From: Candidatus Bathyarchaeota archaeon
GTDB lineage: Archaea > Thermoproteota > Bathyarchaeia > Bathyarchaeales > Bathycorpusculaceae
Length of the DNA stretch: 64,000 nucleotides
NCBI GenBank assembly: GCA_963811105.1
Contig: CAWEPZ010000002.1
Span: forward strand, 352,001-416,000
Reading direction: 5' to 3'
Shown here: piece after piece, positions 62,502 through 64,000 of the stretch
How the letters are laid out: each line of letters opens with the position of its first letter
Numbering within the stretch: the stretch's first letter is position 1
Position numbers and translations under genes: made by a program
Notes under the pieces: model-generated
Databases searched by the model: none
Told to the model about the DNA's origin: nothing
The model's input: only the letters and a program-made list of their open reading frames with translations

Positions 62502-62980
62502 AGCCTACATGTTCAATAACCTTGCCTTTAAGTTCTAATCAAATGGCTGTTTGGTCACTATTAACAAAAGGGTTCTCAGTTTCTACGATAGCTGATAAAC
62601 TTAACACTACCAGACAATACGTTAACCAAACCAGATTAACGGCGGAAGCCAAGCTATCTACAACACTTCTGGAAGTTGCAAGAACGAATGATCTGCAAGT
62701 AACAAGATTATACCCCAAACAAGCTATACTCCTTGGTTATCATCCAGCATTAAAACGCAAAGCAATTGTCACCTACACAACTAGCCACGGACTAAAGGTT
62801 TGGTATTGGCACGACAGCCCTGAAGAAGTAACAGACACAGCCTTCCTAAACCAAACAAGGCAGTATTTGATGGACATCGCCAAAGAAAGAAGTATAGACG
62901 TCCCTGATGCAGAAAAAATTCATCCAGCCAAGTTGGCGCACTTAGTTTTTTGTAAGCTTATCCCGGAGTTGAGCGCATGA
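62498..62980 (+). CDS. Regulator with an N-terminal sigma-4/LuxR-like HTH
   Basis: LSSNQMAVWSLLTKGFSVSTIADKLNTTRQYVNQT. Confidence 0.75.
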   Translation: MKPTCSITLPLSSNQMAVWSLLTKGFSVSTIADKLNTTRQYVNQTRLTAEAKLSTTLLEVARTNDLQVTRLYPKQAILLGYHPALKRKAIVTYTTSHGLKVWYWHDSPEEVTDTAFLNQTRQYLMDIAKERSIDVPDAEKIHPAKLAHLVFCKLIPELSA

Positions 62981-63582
62981 ATATTAAGGAAATTTTTGAA
63001 AAACGAATCAGAGGATGGTTCCCCACAGAGCCTTACTCGGTTAGCACAGGAGTTAAGAAAGATTCTAAAAGTAAAACCCAACCCATAGCGATTCCATACG
63101 GATATGATTTAAGTGCAACTCTGGTTGCTGGATTGACAACAGTTTTCTATGCAGTCCTCGGTTCGCTTCTCATAATTTCTTTTTTCAGCCTTGAAAGAAG
63201 CATTAGCTTAACATTCATAGTCGCTTGGATAATTGCGGGATTAACAATAGGTGCTATTTCAGGTGCAATAGAGACAAAAAATCAACTTAAACGGCTCTCA
63301 AAAGGCCACCAGCTTAAAACAAGTAAAGAAGACCTTATCATACTCATCATGCCTCTGTTTTTGCTCTTCATTTTTGGCCAATACCTAAGCATTAATTATA
63401 TTGGATTACGAACTTCGGCTCTACTCGGCGACTTAAGCGCGGTTTTTGCTTTTGCGGTTATCGCTCAAGCAATCAGGTATGGGTCATTCTGGGCATATGA
63501 AAAGAGGGGAAACATGTGTTTAATGCAAAGTTCGTTTAGAGGACGAGTCATTGCCATCCCCAAAAGCACAGACCAGGAATGA
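62977..63582 (+). CDS. Four-TM membrane protein with a short soluble N-terminus
   Basis: ATGA overlap with the HTH gene; EKRIRGWFPTEP N-terminus; four hydrophobic helices. Confidence 0.75.
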   Translation: MNIKEIFEKRIRGWFPTEPYSVSTGVKKDSKSKTQPIAIPYGYDLSATLVAGLTTVFYAVLGSLLIISFFSLERSISLTFIVAWIIAGLTIGAISGAIETKNQLKRLSKGHQLKTSKEDLIILIMPLFLLFIFGQYLSINYIGLRTSALLGDLSAVFAFAVIAQAIRYGSFWAYEKRGNMCLMQSSFRGRVIAIPKSTDQE

Positions 63583-63620
63583 AAATCAAGCTAATCATGC
63601 TAATAGGAGGTGAAAGTAAT

Positions 63621-64000
63621 ATGAAAATCGAGACAATAAATAATGGCTCTCCAGATAAACAGACATCAAATCATTCAGGTTTAAGGCTCGGGAAGAAGAT
63701 CATTTTAATAGCGGCTGTAGTTGCTGTCGCAGTTATTGTTAGCGCTCTTTTGATTCCGCAGGGAGCCGCCTCAATACCACTTAACGTCAACTATACCGTT
63801 GGAGAAAAGATGGTTTACGATGCCACAATGACAAGTTCTTTTCAATATGGTAATTCGTCTTTGTCAACAGGGATAACTTTTCAATTGCCAAATAATACAA
63901 GTATAAACATGCAGCAAACAATCGAAGTAACTGGTTTCGACGGTGAATACTATACATTAAACCACACAATGACTTTGAGCACGAACAGCAAACCGTTAAG
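63621..64000 (+). CDS. Membrane-anchored extracellular protein, 3' end outside window (not in ORF track)
   Basis: GGAGGTGA RBS; MKIET...KKIILIAAVVAVAVIVSALLIP TM, then an S/T/N-rich beta domain; frame open to the window end. Confidence 0.75.
   Translation, partial: MKIETINNGSPDKQTSNHSGLRLGKKIILIAAVVAVAVIVSALLIPQGAASIPLNVNYTVGEKMVYDATMTSSFQYGNSSLSTGITFQLPNNTSINMQQTIEVTGFDGEYYTLNHTMTLSTNSKPL

Noticed and set aside
1-64000. CRISPR array, rRNA genes, intact transposase or integrase
   Set aside because: No regularly spaced repeats, rRNA-like sequence or complete recombinase ORF seen by eye

Overview
Archaeal chromosomal segment, most consistent with Bathyarchaeia (inference from TBP/TFB, secE-spt5-uL11-uL1-uL10, PolB2, a PQQ-like beta-propeller surface protein and Zn-ribbon Cren7-like genes). 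Two housekeeping blocks (about 13.3-31.4 kb and 49.5-59.2 kb) alternate with three accessory zones. (1) About 1-13 kb: S53 peptidase, PolB2, an ArsB-like fragment, ilvC and an hgcC-like/arsM/flavin-reductase operon. (2) About 31.4-49.5 kb: an AT-rich, gene-poor zone with gene relics and IS scars, ending in a signalling island where a PAS histidine kinase, a double receiver and a receiver fused to a ribbon-helix-helix (RHH) domain sit divergently from a winged-HTH gene and a TFB. (3) A putative integrated element starting right after tRNA-Arg(TCT) at 59.2 kb. Several small genes missing from the ORF track were read by hand: two Cren7-like proteins, a CdrS-like RHH and two receiver-fragment peptides. 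Frameshifts cluster in 44-55 kb (TFB, trm11, cysS, mtaB-like) and look like assembly errors. All calls come from motif recognition by eye; no database searches were run.
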